This document shows positions 1 to 9,164 of a stretch of DNA of 64,000 nt, one piece after another. The DNA comes from Fibrobacteria bacterium (GTDB lineage: Bacteria > Fibrobacterota > Fibrobacteria > UBA11236): the NCBI GenBank assembly GCA_043745805.1, contig JAYTSD010000008.1, positions 97,943-161,942 on the forward strand, read 5' to 3'. Every line of letters begins with the position of its first letter. Position 1 is the stretch's first letter. Under the pieces are notes generated by a model that had not been told where the DNA came from, did no database searches, and saw nothing but the letters and a program-made list of their open reading frames with translations. Both the position numbers and the translations under genes were made by a program.

Positions 1-742
1 AGTTGGACCAAAATAGGCTTCCATCCTTACGTACCCGCCATTCTTCCTCTTCACATCGACCAAGAGCCGCAGCTTCCCGTAAAATCTTTTCGGGACGTCC
101 TGAGGATATATCTGCAGCAGGGAAAAGTCGAGCGAAATGTCGTCCCATAATTTCTTTAGCGGTATAGCCTTGAATTCTTTCTGCCCCTGCATTCCAACTC
201 ATGACATGGCCATCGGGATCGAGCATGATAATAGCATAATCTCGCACCCCTTCCTCAATTAAGCGAAAACGTTCTTCACTATTACGCAGCGCTAATTGGG
301 CGCGCTTCTGTTCCGTAATATCGTGTAATACGCCAGAAGCTCCAAGTACCGTACCTTGCGAGTTACAATTTACCCGCGCATACATTTCTAGCCAACGGAA
401 TCCACCTTCACATTCAAGGAAACGGATTTCTTGTCGTAAGAACTCGCGTTTTTGTTGCATTAAATCCCAAAAAAATTCTGTATGTAGAGATTTTTCTTTA
501 GGATGCACAAATTCAAAAAAACTTTTGCCCAAACTTTGAGCAATAGAAAAACCGGTAATTTCAGACCAAGCCTGATTTAAAAAAATCCAATGCCCTTGCG
601 CGTCGGTTTGAAATAATACATCACGCAAATCATCTACCACCAAACCCAGCTGGGCTTGGCTATGCTGCTGTTGAGGGGATAAGCCTGCGGATATATCGCT
701 CCCTTTTGCTTCGTACGAGAATGAATTCAAATCGGCAATCAT
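1..742 (-). CDS. PAS-domain sensor protein, N-terminal part (gene runs off the left edge; probably a sensor kinase)
   Basis: Own reverse translation from ATG at 742-740 is open to position 1: MIADLNSFSYEAKGSDISAGLSPQQQHSQAQ... Two PAS-like modules are present (HWIFLNQAWSEITGFSIAQSLGKSF... and EERFRLIEEGVRDYAIIMLDPDGHVMSWNAGAERIQGYTAKEIMGRHF...WRVRKDGSLFW). The start overlaps the receiver gene stop (ATGA at 739-742). It is absent from the ORF track because it is truncated. Confidence 0.75.
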   Translation of the reverse strand, partial: MIADLNSFSYEAKGSDISAGLSPQQQHSQAQLGLVVDDLRDVLFQTDAQGHWIFLNQAWSEITGFSIAQSLGKSFFEFVHPKEKSLHTEFFWDLMQQKREFLRQEIRFLECEGGFRWLEMYARVNCNSQGTVLGASGVLHDITEQKRAQLALRNSEERFRLIEEGVRDYAIIMLDPDGHVMSWNAGAERIQGYTAKEIMGRHFARLFPAADISSGRPEKILREAAALGRCEEEEWRVRKDGSLFWSN

Positions 743-1113
743 AATTCGTCTCTTAAAATCCATTGTGCAACCACCGCTAATAGTACCGTATCATCGAGAA
801 TCGGCTTCGAGACATAATCATTAAATCCTGCCGCTAAAAACTTCTGTCTATCTCCCGTCATAGCATGAGCGGTTAATGCGATCACAGGGATTTTTTTCCA
901 ATTATTTTCCGTACGGATTTTTTGTAAAACTTGCAAACCATCCATTTCAGGTAAAGAAATATCCAGTAAAATTAAATGCGGTTTATTTTCATTAAAGTCC
1001 GCGAAGGCCTCTCTACCGCTTGCGTATTGGCTAATAGCATAAAAATCTTGCAGAATAGCTTCCGCTAATAATCGATTATCGGGATTATCTTCTATGATAG
1101 CGATTTTTTGCAT
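739..1113 (-). CDS. Stand-alone CheY-like receiver domain protein
   Basis: Receiver hallmarks: IAIIEDNPDN (acidic pocket), LILLDISLPEMDG (phospho-acceptor Asp), IPVIALTAHA, YVSKP (conserved Lys). The ATG at 1113 (MQKIAII) has AAAGG 5 nt upstream. The track ORF extends to 1134. Confidence 0.9.
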   Translation of the reverse strand: MQKIAIIEDNPDNRLLAEAILQDFYAISQYASGREAFADFNENKPHLILLDISLPEMDGLQVLQKIRTENNWKKIPVIALTAHAMTGDRQKFLAAGFNDYVSKPILDDTVLLAVVAQWILRDEL

Positions 1114-1232
1114 GAAACCTTTCGCAACCCTCATTACTCATAAATTATAAGGGGTGGAAAACTCTATGAGCAAAGAACTCTCGAAGAGGCTTTTGCCCCC
1201 TCTGAGTTTGTTTGAGGAAAAGTTGCGAGGTT

Positions 1233-1598
1233 TTAGTGAACGGTGGTAATACGCATTGCGCGTTCACGGCGCAGCCAACTACTGGCATTATCTAAGGAAA
1301 CACTTAATTGAGTTAATAGAGGCAAGACAATATCTTTTTCTCCATTTTCAGCCATGGTCTCAATGCGTTGCGCCAAGTCTCGCACTTCCGTAGCACCTAC
1401 GTTACCTGCACTTGACTTAAGGGAATGCACCGCACGTGAAATGGACTCCAAATCACCTACTCTTCCACCCAAGCAGGCATCATCCAAACGCTGCGGTGAC
1501 CGTTCTAAAAAAATATCGATCATCTTGTTTAATAATTGTTCTCCACCCAATTTTTCTAATCGGGTTAAGGCATTTGCATCCGCCAATATCCCACGCAT
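1233..1598 (-). CDS. Histidine phosphotransfer (HPt) domain protein
   Basis: 121 aa, helical. HPt signature around the phospho-His: AVHSLKSSAGNVGA. It lies upstream of the receiver and PAS sensor on the same strand. Confidence 0.8.
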   Translation of the reverse strand: MRGILADANALTRLEKLGGEQLLNKMIDIFLERSPQRLDDACLGGRVGDLESISRAVHSLKSSAGNVGATEVRDLAQRIETMAENGEKDIVLPLLTQLSVSLDNASSWLRRERAMRITTVH

Positions 1599-1790
1599 AA
1601 AATCCTCAATCTTTCTTAAATCATTTCACCTAGCTCTCTCATTGTATGTCGGGCTAAGGTTTTTGTCCAGAATTTTGTACAAAAATTATATGGGATTTTA
1701 GTTCCCATTATTGCTCTAGAATAACTGAAGGAAGGGGATGATTCATACTTTGGGCCTCGCTTTTTCTATGGAATATTTAAATTTCCTCAA

Positions 1791-2459
1791 ATGCAAGATT
1801 CTATGAATTCACTCGGCGCTATATTTGACTGGGATGGCGTTCTTATTGATTCTTCAGCCCATCATGAAGAAAGTTGGAATCGTTTAGCAGCAGAAAATCA
1901 TTTCCAGTTACCGTTAGGCCATTTTAAGCAAGGTTTTGGAATGAAGAACGAAGCCATCATACCGACGATTTTAAATTGGTCACAAGCCCCTGCGGAAATC
2001 CAAAGACTGTCTTTACGCAAAGAAGAATTTTATCGTGAAATTATTCGCGAATGGGGCATTTCGCCCCTCCCTGGAGCAGAAGCCTTTTTAATTTATTTGC
2101 AAAGTTTGCAAATCCCCTGTGTTGTTGGCTCCTCCACTCATCGAAAAAATATTGTTTTATCCTTACAGGTTTTGGGATGGAATAAGTTTTTTAAAAGCTT
2201 GGTCACCGCCGAAGATGTAAAAGCGGGTAAACCCGATCCTGAAGTATTTCTTAAAGCCGCCGCAAAAATTTCCGTCGATCCCAAACAGTGTGTAGTTTTT
2301 GAGGATGCCCATGCTGGAATAGCAGCTGCCTTGGCCGGTGGAATGAAAGTAGTCGCTGTAACCACTACACATGCGGCCTCCGAATTGCAAACAGCACATC
2401 GAGTTGTTGAACGTTTAGATGAATTGCAACTCGCCGATTTAAAAAATCTATGGTGCTAA
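1791..2459 (+). CDS. HAD-superfamily hydrolase, subfamily IA (beta-phosphoglucomutase/phosphatase-like)
   Basis: HAD motif I DWDGVLIDS, motif III GKPDPEVF, motif IV FEDAHAGIAAA. Confidence 0.8.
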   Translation: MQDSMNSLGAIFDWDGVLIDSSAHHEESWNRLAAENHFQLPLGHFKQGFGMKNEAIIPTILNWSQAPAEIQRLSLRKEEFYREIIREWGISPLPGAEAFLIYLQSLQIPCVVGSSTHRKNIVLSLQVLGWNKFFKSLVTAEDVKAGKPDPEVFLKAAAKISVDPKQCVVFEDAHAGIAAALAGGMKVVAVTTTHAASELQTAHRVVERLDELQLADLKNLWC

Positions 2460-2573
2460 AAATCAATGTATTTGTTACCCGATATGTTACCGAATGCTAT
2501 TTCAAAGCGTCTCATTCGGATTAAAGGCAACGAGGCTTTTTCATTTTTTAGTGCAGAATAATCCGGAGTATCC

Positions 2574-4166
2574 TTGAACAAAGATGAAAAACAACATTTG
2601 CTGGAAAACGTGGAGTCACGCACCTTTGCCGAATTAAAGGCAAGTTGGCAAAATTCTTCGAGTTTAACTCTGGAGATTTTACTTAATGATGCAGTATACC
2701 AAGAACAAGAACGTCTAAAAACTGAAAAACGAACCCGTGAAACAGCCAATCAAAAAAGCTTTTGGGATAAGGTATCTAAGCAGTTTCATCAAGTCGACGA
2801 ATTAACCCGCGAAGAACTTTTAAAAACCATTATTCAGAATTATACGCAAGAAATTGTAGGAAATTTCAATCCACACTTACATAGTGCTGTAGCACGCATA
2901 GTACCCTGGTTTTTAAAAATACTATTAACGCGTATTACGCCTGCAACTTTTTTAAAGGGGATAAGTTCACGCCTTAATTTGGAAGAAAACTTAGTCATTT
3001 CGGGACCACTTGATACCATTCGCGAATTATCCAAAAAAGGTACCCTGATTCTTACTCCCACTCATGTGAGTAATCTCGATAGTATTGTGATTGGCTTAGG
3101 ACTCTATCAGTCGAAACTCCCGCCCTTCACTTATGGAGCCGGGTTAAATTTATTTACTAATTCAGTTATTGCTTTTTTTATGAATAATTTAGGTGCCTAT
3201 AAAGTAGATCGACGCAAAAAAAACAGTATTTATAAAAGTGTTTTAAAAAATTATGCCACCCTTTCCATGGAAATGGGCAAACACAATTTGTTTTTTCCAG
3301 GAGGTACGCGTGGCCGACGTGGGGATGTAGAACAACATTTAAAGTTAGGTTTACTAGGTTGTGGACTTCCGGTATTTGTGCATAATTTGCAAACTGAAAA
3401 ACCTAATCCCGACGTTTTTATTATCCCTTGCACGCTTTCTTATGGCTTGGTATTAGAAGCGAAAAGCCTTATCGATGAACATTTACAAGAAACCGGTAAA
3501 GCTCGTTATATTCGACCTCACAGCGATTTTAATCGCCCGATGCGCTTATTAAATTTTTGGAAAAATCTGCAAAGTATGCATTCTAAAATTCATATGCATT
3601 TTGGATCACCGCTTGATCTTTTTGGAAATGATGTGAATACCCAAGGTCAAAGTGTGGATCGATTTGGACGAGTTATCGATAGACGCAAATATGTGGAAAA
3701 CCTTGGAAAGGCGATTCAAGATGCACAACGTGATCAGGAATACACTCGAGAGTTAGGGCGTAAATTATTAACGGTTTTTCATCGCAATAATATTGCCTTA
3801 GCGACAAATATTACCGCCTACGCGGCCTTTACAACCTTACGAGAAGTTTGGCCACATGCGGATTTATATCAGTTTTTAAGGGTTGAAGGGGAGGCGCATG
3901 GTGTAAGTGAAACCTTGATTATAAAAAACATAGACTCGTTATTTAAATCACTAAAAAATATTGCCGCGCGCCAAGAAATCATCTTAGACCCAGCACTTAA
4001 TGATTTATCGAGTTCAGAAATTTTTCAAATTGGGATACAGCATTTTCGCAGCTTCCATAACAAAGAAGTTTTACAAGTAAAAAATGGTTTGGTATTCACG
4101 AAAAACATGCGCCTTTTGTATTATTATCGCAATCGATTAGACCATTATGGTCTGGAGAATTTATGA
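2574..4166 (+). CDS. PlsB-like glycerol-3-phosphate/lysophospholipid acyltransferase
   Basis: 530 aa with a TTG start. Acyltransferase HX4D block (PTHVSNLDS) and FPGGTRGRRG block. The stop overlaps the gpsA start (ATGA at 4163-4166). Confidence 0.6.
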   Translation: MNKDEKQHLLENVESRTFAELKASWQNSSSLTLEILLNDAVYQEQERLKTEKRTRETANQKSFWDKVSKQFHQVDELTREELLKTIIQNYTQEIVGNFNPHLHSAVARIVPWFLKILLTRITPATFLKGISSRLNLEENLVISGPLDTIRELSKKGTLILTPTHVSNLDSIVIGLGLYQSKLPPFTYGAGLNLFTNSVIAFFMNNLGAYKVDRRKKNSIYKSVLKNYATLSMEMGKHNLFFPGGTRGRRGDVEQHLKLGLLGCGLPVFVHNLQTEKPNPDVFIIPCTLSYGLVLEAKSLIDEHLQETGKARYIRPHSDFNRPMRLLNFWKNLQSMHSKIHMHFGSPLDLFGNDVNTQGQSVDRFGRVIDRRKYVENLGKAIQDAQRDQEYTRELGRKLLTVFHRNNIALATNITAYAAFTTLREVWPHADLYQFLRVEGEAHGVSETLIIKNIDSLFKSLKNIAARQEIILDPALNDLSSSEIFQIGIQHFRSFHNKEVLQVKNGLVFTKNMRLLYYYRNRLDHYGLENL

Positions 4167-5191
4167 GCAAAGAAAATATCGGCATTATCGGTGGCGGAAG
4201 CTTTGGCAGTGCCCTTGCAGATATTATCGGAAACAATGGGCATACGGCTTGGCAATGGTTTCGTGATCCCTCACAAGTGCAAGAGTTCAATAAGTCCCAT
4301 GAAAACAAAAAATATTTACCTAGCTTTCCGTTAAGCTCGAATATTATTGCCTCCTCCGATTTACAAGCAATTGCCTCACAGTGCCGCATTCTTTTTTTAT
4401 GTGTGCCCAGTCGTAATTTTCGTGAAGTGGCGCATGAATTAGGTAATTGGGTCAAGGGCGATCAAATTCTAATCTCTACCACCAAAGGAATTGAAGCGCA
4501 TTCCTTTTTGCTCATGAGCCAAATTTTAAAAGAAGAAACCTGTTGCTTAAAAATCGGTGTGTTGAGCGGGCCTAATTTAGCCAAAGAAATTGTAGCGCAT
4601 ATGCCGAGCGGAACGGTTATCGCCAGCAAATTTCGTGAAGTGATTGAAACGGTGCAACAAGTTTTATCCTGTCCGTATTTTAGAGTGTACGGTAACTCCG
4701 ATGTTTATGGTGTAGAATTGGGTGGCGTGTTAAAAAATGTTTATGCTTTGGCCACCGGCCTAGTCACTGCCCTAGAAATGGGCGATAATACCAAAGGCAT
4801 GTTGATTACGCGCGGCCTTGCGGAAATGAGTCGCTTCGCAGCAAAAATGGGCTCCAATCCCTTAACCTTTTTAGGACTTGCCGGTGTGGGCGATTTGGTC
4901 ACTACTTGTAGCTCAAATTTAAGTCGTAACTTTCGCGTGGGCTTTGCCATTGGTAAGGGTCAAAAGCTCGAAGAAGCCTTAAACAGTATTGGAGAAACGG
5001 CTGAAGGGGTGAATACAGTGAAAATTGTTAAAGTCAAAGCAGAAGCTTTAGGTATACGTTTGCATATTCTGGAAGGATTATACGCATTGCTTTTTGGGGG
5101 CAAAGAATTAACCGAAGTGTTGCAAGAACTAATGAATGTTCCACAAATGGAAGATGTAGAGTTTATGACTTTGCTTCCTAATCACAATTAA
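4163..5191 (+). CDS. gpsA: NAD(P)H-dependent glycerol-3-phosphate dehydrogenase
   Basis: 342 aa. Rossmann N-terminus IGIIGGGSFGSALA, then LSGPNLAKEI and GVELGGVLKNVYA blocks typical of GpsA. GGAGA Shine-Dalgarno upstream. Confidence 0.9.
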   Translation: MSKENIGIIGGGSFGSALADIIGNNGHTAWQWFRDPSQVQEFNKSHENKKYLPSFPLSSNIIASSDLQAIASQCRILFLCVPSRNFREVAHELGNWVKGDQILISTTKGIEAHSFLLMSQILKEETCCLKIGVLSGPNLAKEIVAHMPSGTVIASKFREVIETVQQVLSCPYFRVYGNSDVYGVELGGVLKNVYALATGLVTALEMGDNTKGMLITRGLAEMSRFAAKMGSNPLTFLGLAGVGDLVTTCSSNLSRNFRVGFAIGKGQKLEEALNSIGETAEGVNTVKIVKVKAEALGIRLHILEGLYALLFGGKELTEVLQELMNVPQMEDVEFMTLLPNHN

Positions 5192-5213
5192 TATTCATAA
5201 TCCCTTGATTAGC

Positions 5214-6419
5214 ATGAAAAACCGCTGGTTCATTTACATTACATTTACATTAATACTATTGACTAAAAGTATTTTTTCGGCTGAGCTACTTACTCCTTTA
5301 GATACTCTTGCGCAAGGCTATATCGTAGATGTGCATTGTCATACCGCTGGAATTGGAGCCGGTGGAAGCGGTTGTTTTATAGCTGCCGACATGCTTAAGA
5401 GTTATAAATTCAAAATTTATTTAAAAGCCTTTGAAGTAACTCAAGAAGATTTATTGCAATATGGCGATGCTCTAATCTTAAAAAAATTATCCGCCAAACT
5501 AGCGCAGTCACACTATGTTAAAGCCGCAATAATTCTTGCCATAGATGGTGCGATGAATGATCAAGGGGAATTAGATACTGCGCGAACACAAGTTTATATT
5601 CCCAATTCTTTCGTCGCAAAAGAGATAAAAAAGTATCCCAATTTACTTTTTGGGGCTAGCATTAATCCATTGAGAAAGAACGCATTGCAAGAATTAGATA
5701 AAGTGGCTCATGACAATGCAAAATTAATTAAATGGATTCCCTCTATTCAACATTTTGATCCTTCGGATGAACGCTTTATTCCTTTTTATAAAAAAATGGT
5801 AAAGCTGGGCTTGCCCTTACTCACGCATACCGGCCATGAGTTTGCGTTCAATGCCGCGGATAATGCGCTTTGCGATCCCGAAAAATTACGTTTGCCACTT
5901 AGCCTAGGTGTTACCGTGATTGCTGCGCACGTCGCCACACCAGGAAAAAATGCAGGCGAATCAAATATGCTCAGGTTAATGAAACTTTTTTCGCAATACC
6001 CTAATTTGTATGCTGATATTTCCTCTTTAACACAAATCAATAAATTAAATTATTTGCATAAAGCTTTATCCCATCCCGAAGCCAAAGGTCGCTTGCTTTA
6101 TGGAACCGATATGCCTTTACTGGAAACCCCTTTGGTCTCTCCACTATTTTTTTCCTTTTCGCTTTCGCCTAAAAAAATCTTGAGTTTGGAAAATGTTAAA
6201 AATCCTTGGGACCGTGATGTAGAGCTGAAACAAGCTTTGGGAGTGTCGTCGGATATTTTTTTCCGTACGGCACAGGTTTTAAGAATTTATCCTGCCACGT
6301 CGCCAATTATTTTAAACCAAAAAGAAATTGCGCCTGCAACAAAACCTAAGAATAAGCCTTTAAAGCAATCTAAGCCCAGAACTCCAGCCCTCACAAAACC
6401 AAAACCCAATTCGAAATAA
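5214..6419 (+). CDS. Secreted amidohydrolase-family (TIM-barrel metal hydrolase) protein with K/P-rich C-terminal tail
   Basis: The ATG at 5214 gives a signal-peptide-like MKNRWFIYITFTLILLTKSIFSAE. VDVHCHT near the N-terminus, then LLTHTGHE and YGTDMP, fit metal-dependent amidohydrolases. The tail is ...APATKPKNKPLKQSKPRTPALTKPKPNSK. Confidence 0.55.
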   Translation: MKNRWFIYITFTLILLTKSIFSAELLTPLDTLAQGYIVDVHCHTAGIGAGGSGCFIAADMLKSYKFKIYLKAFEVTQEDLLQYGDALILKKLSAKLAQSHYVKAAIILAIDGAMNDQGELDTARTQVYIPNSFVAKEIKKYPNLLFGASINPLRKNALQELDKVAHDNAKLIKWIPSIQHFDPSDERFIPFYKKMVKLGLPLLTHTGHEFAFNAADNALCDPEKLRLPLSLGVTVIAAHVATPGKNAGESNMLRLMKLFSQYPNLYADISSLTQINKLNYLHKALSHPEAKGRLLYGTDMPLLETPLVSPLFFSFSLSPKKILSLENVKNPWDRDVELKQALGVSSDIFFRTAQVLRIYPATSPIILNQKEIAPATKPKNKPLKQSKPRTPALTKPKPNSK

Positions 6420-7022
6420 TTATTCGGGTTGGAAATTTTTTTGGCTAGCGACAAAGGTGGAGTCAAAAGTTTTTTCTCTTTCGTATAATCCAATTAAATG
6501 TGTTTCTGCTAATACATGGCCTTTAAAAAAATGCTCCAACTCTTCGAAATTACTCCGCGGCTTAAGCTCGGTCGCCTGATCTAAAGCTAAGAGCCGAAAA
6601 ATATAACGGTGAGTTCCCGTTACTGGACATGGACCTCCCCAAGCGGGCCAATCAAAATCCGTTTGACCTTCAATAGCACCTTTTGGCAGGCCACTAGCAG
6701 GAATATAATGCGTATCGCGCAGAATACCCCATACCAACCAATGCACACGCTGATCGTCAGAGGTGGCATCTAAATCTTCCACGATGAGCGCCATGCTTTT
6801 AGTATGCGCTGGTATCGCTTTAATATGCAAAGGAGGATTTACATTTTCGCCATCACAGGTATAGCGTTCAGGAATAAATCCTTGATCACTAAAATCCAAA
6901 CTATAAACTGCAAAGCTGTCTTGTTTTTCGAGAGTGTTTGGTGAAGAGTAAAAAGAAAAGCTCCAGCCCGTAACTTGTAAGAGACTGAGGGTCACCAAAA
7001 TAGACTTTATAGGGTATCCCAT
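6420..7022 (-). CDS. YbhB/YbcL-family phosphatidylethanolamine-binding protein (PEBP)
   Basis: 200 aa with a signal peptide. YTCDGENVNPPL, ALIVEDLDA, HWLVWGI and GTHRYIFRLLAL blocks are typical of bacterial PEBP. Confidence 0.8.
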   Translation of the reverse strand: MGYPIKSILVTLSLLQVTGWSFSFYSSPNTLEKQDSFAVYSLDFSDQGFIPERYTCDGENVNPPLHIKAIPAHTKSMALIVEDLDATSDDQRVHWLVWGILRDTHYIPASGLPKGAIEGQTDFDWPAWGGPCPVTGTHRYIFRLLALDQATELKPRSNFEELEHFFKGHVLAETHLIGLYEREKTFDSTFVASQKNFQPE

Positions 7023-7200
7023 ACCGCACCGCCATAATTTTGAATCGCTAATTAATTATGCGCGCGCGGTTTAAAAAAATACAAGGGATAAAAATTGAAA
7101 GAATGGGAGTAAGGGTAACAAAATAGCAGGAAGCCCTCAAAACCCCTAATTTAAAGATTTACAGGGCGGCTTAATAATTTTTTAAAATTTTACTTTAACT

Positions 7201-8682
7201 TTACCAAGTATACCGGATAGTATATATAATGGTTTTTTCTTGGTCTTTTTCCAATTTAACCGGAATTTTTATCGTGGTTTGGTCCACTTTTTCCCAAGGA
7301 CAATTGACTTTGCTGATTTCCCATTGCGAAGCGCGCCAAGGGTGTTCATATACCCAAACTTCGGTCGCGGTACTTTTATGATTGCGTAATTTCACTTCAT
7401 AAGTTTCTTCTACACTGTGGCCCGAAACTATAGTTTTAAAATCCTTTTGTACCCGTGAAGCAACCACATCAAAAGCATTGCCTAAATACAATTTCACTTC
7501 TTCACCTTTCGCAGTATGATCTAAATTATCTTCACCCACAAATTGCTCTTTACCATCGTTGTCTTTTTTATACACACGCACTTTTCCTTTAGGTAAAGGC
7601 AATCCCAATCCAGCCTTTTCTTCATTTTTAAAAATCACATAAACCCCTACCTTGGTATTACTTTGCTGACCAAAGCTGCCTTGCGAACGATAGGAGTTAT
7701 CATTCATCCAATAACGCCAACCGTCTTGCATGCCATCATAAATCAAAACTTTGCGAGCAGTCGCGTCATGAGCGGCAACCAATTCAATTTGTTTACTTTC
7801 ATTATTGTTCACATCGGTGCGACGTTGTAAGGAATAGATTTTGTATTCGAATAAATCTTTTTGTTGAAATTGTGGTTCTTCTTTTCTTTCATAAGATGCT
7901 GCTTTAGCTAATCCCCTCGCCGAATATCCAACGGGCTCCTCCGGTATCACATTCACGTCACCCGCTACCAATTTCAATCCGGCATTTTTAAAAGTAGTCC
8001 CCGTATTATTTACCAAGGTTACCCAACCTTTGAGATCAATTTTATTATCCTCGGCATTCAACAATACCACATAATCACAATTCCAAGACATCGCATGCGC
8101 CAAGTAACTAATCTCTACTTCATGATTCACAGGATTACGATTATCCACTAACCATTCTAATTGAGGCTTTAAAATCAAGCCGTCGGGTAAACTAGGTAAA
8201 ACCAGACGGCCAATAGGATTAATCTCTATTTTTCCATTGATTTCCGCCGTAATTCCCGCGCCATTGCCAATCGCAAGTAACTTTCCCGTTACTGTGTATT
8301 CTTTTTTCTTCTCTTCCTCTATCCGAATAAACTCAATATTTTTTCCCACAAATTTTTCCAAGAGTTTTTCATTACTTACCAAATCGTATTGATAATTTTG
8401 TTCGAGGATTTTTACGGCAGAGGCATCCGTGAGACTAGAAAAATGCAAGGATGTCCCATCAATCGTTGCGGGGATTTCCGGCACGATAACTTTACTTAAT
8501 CCTTTTTTAAGGGGTAAAGTGCGTAACTCTCGAATCAAGGCCAAGTCAGAATTATAAATGGTTAAATCCACCGAATGCCTCTCACCGGCAATTTGGGTGG
8601 GATTCTCAGCAGCAAATACTGCCAGGGGAAACATTGGGGCCAAGGATAAGGCGACAATGAGGGGTAACTTGTAAATCTGCAT
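7201..8682 (-). CDS. Secreted DUF4139-like protein (function unknown)
   Basis: 493 aa with a signal peptide (LAVFAAE). The N-terminal block VDLTIYNSDLALIRELRTLPLKKG...IDGTSLHF and the overall size resemble the DUF4140/DUF4139 family. This assignment is from memory only. Confidence 0.5.
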   Translation of the reverse strand: MQIYKLPLIVALSLAPMFPLAVFAAENPTQIAGERHSVDLTIYNSDLALIRELRTLPLKKGLSKVIVPEIPATIDGTSLHFSSLTDASAVKILEQNYQYDLVSNEKLLEKFVGKNIEFIRIEEEKKKEYTVTGKLLAIGNGAGITAEINGKIEINPIGRLVLPSLPDGLILKPQLEWLVDNRNPVNHEVEISYLAHAMSWNCDYVVLLNAEDNKIDLKGWVTLVNNTGTTFKNAGLKLVAGDVNVIPEEPVGYSARGLAKAASYERKEEPQFQQKDLFEYKIYSLQRRTDVNNNESKQIELVAAHDATARKVLIYDGMQDGWRYWMNDNSYRSQGSFGQQSNTKVGVYVIFKNEEKAGLGLPLPKGKVRVYKKDNDGKEQFVGEDNLDHTAKGEEVKLYLGNAFDVVASRVQKDFKTIVSGHSVEETYEVKLRNHKSTATEVWVYEHPWRASQWEISKVNCPWEKVDQTTIKIPVKLEKDQEKTIIYTIRYTW

Positions 8683-9164
8683 AAACTATCCTATCGGAAA
8701 AACAACTGAACTCAACTGTGGTATTAAGGTAAAACATTCCTTAGCTTAAGAAAAGTGCAAGAGATACTTACTATAAGTGGTCATGCAAACACAATTATCA
8801 GCAAGTTTTTTCCTCAATTTACCCGACCTAGAAAACTGCACCGTCAAAATATGGAACGTTCTCTTTCAAAAAAAGCCGTGGAATTTGGAAGTTCAATTCG
8901 TAAAAAAGGGATAGGTTATAAAAAAAGTCATCTATTTTAAACTACGGAGTATTTAGAAAATCCTTCTGACTCACAGAAATCGGTGAGAAACCATGCTATT
9001 AGTGATCAAAATATTAATGGCGAGGGTATTGTTCATACGACTATCATATCGAATGGTAATCGAGAAAATACTAAGCAACTCAATTTATTAGATCGCAAAT
9101 TTGAAAGTGAAATTTCAGAGTTTAAAGATCGGGAAACTGTAGAAGTAACTAATAATGAACAGGG

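Noticed and set aside
1354-1701. 115-aa plus-strand ORF.
   Set aside because: It lies antisense to the HPt gene, which has a clear phospho-His motif. It has no start context and low-complexity content.
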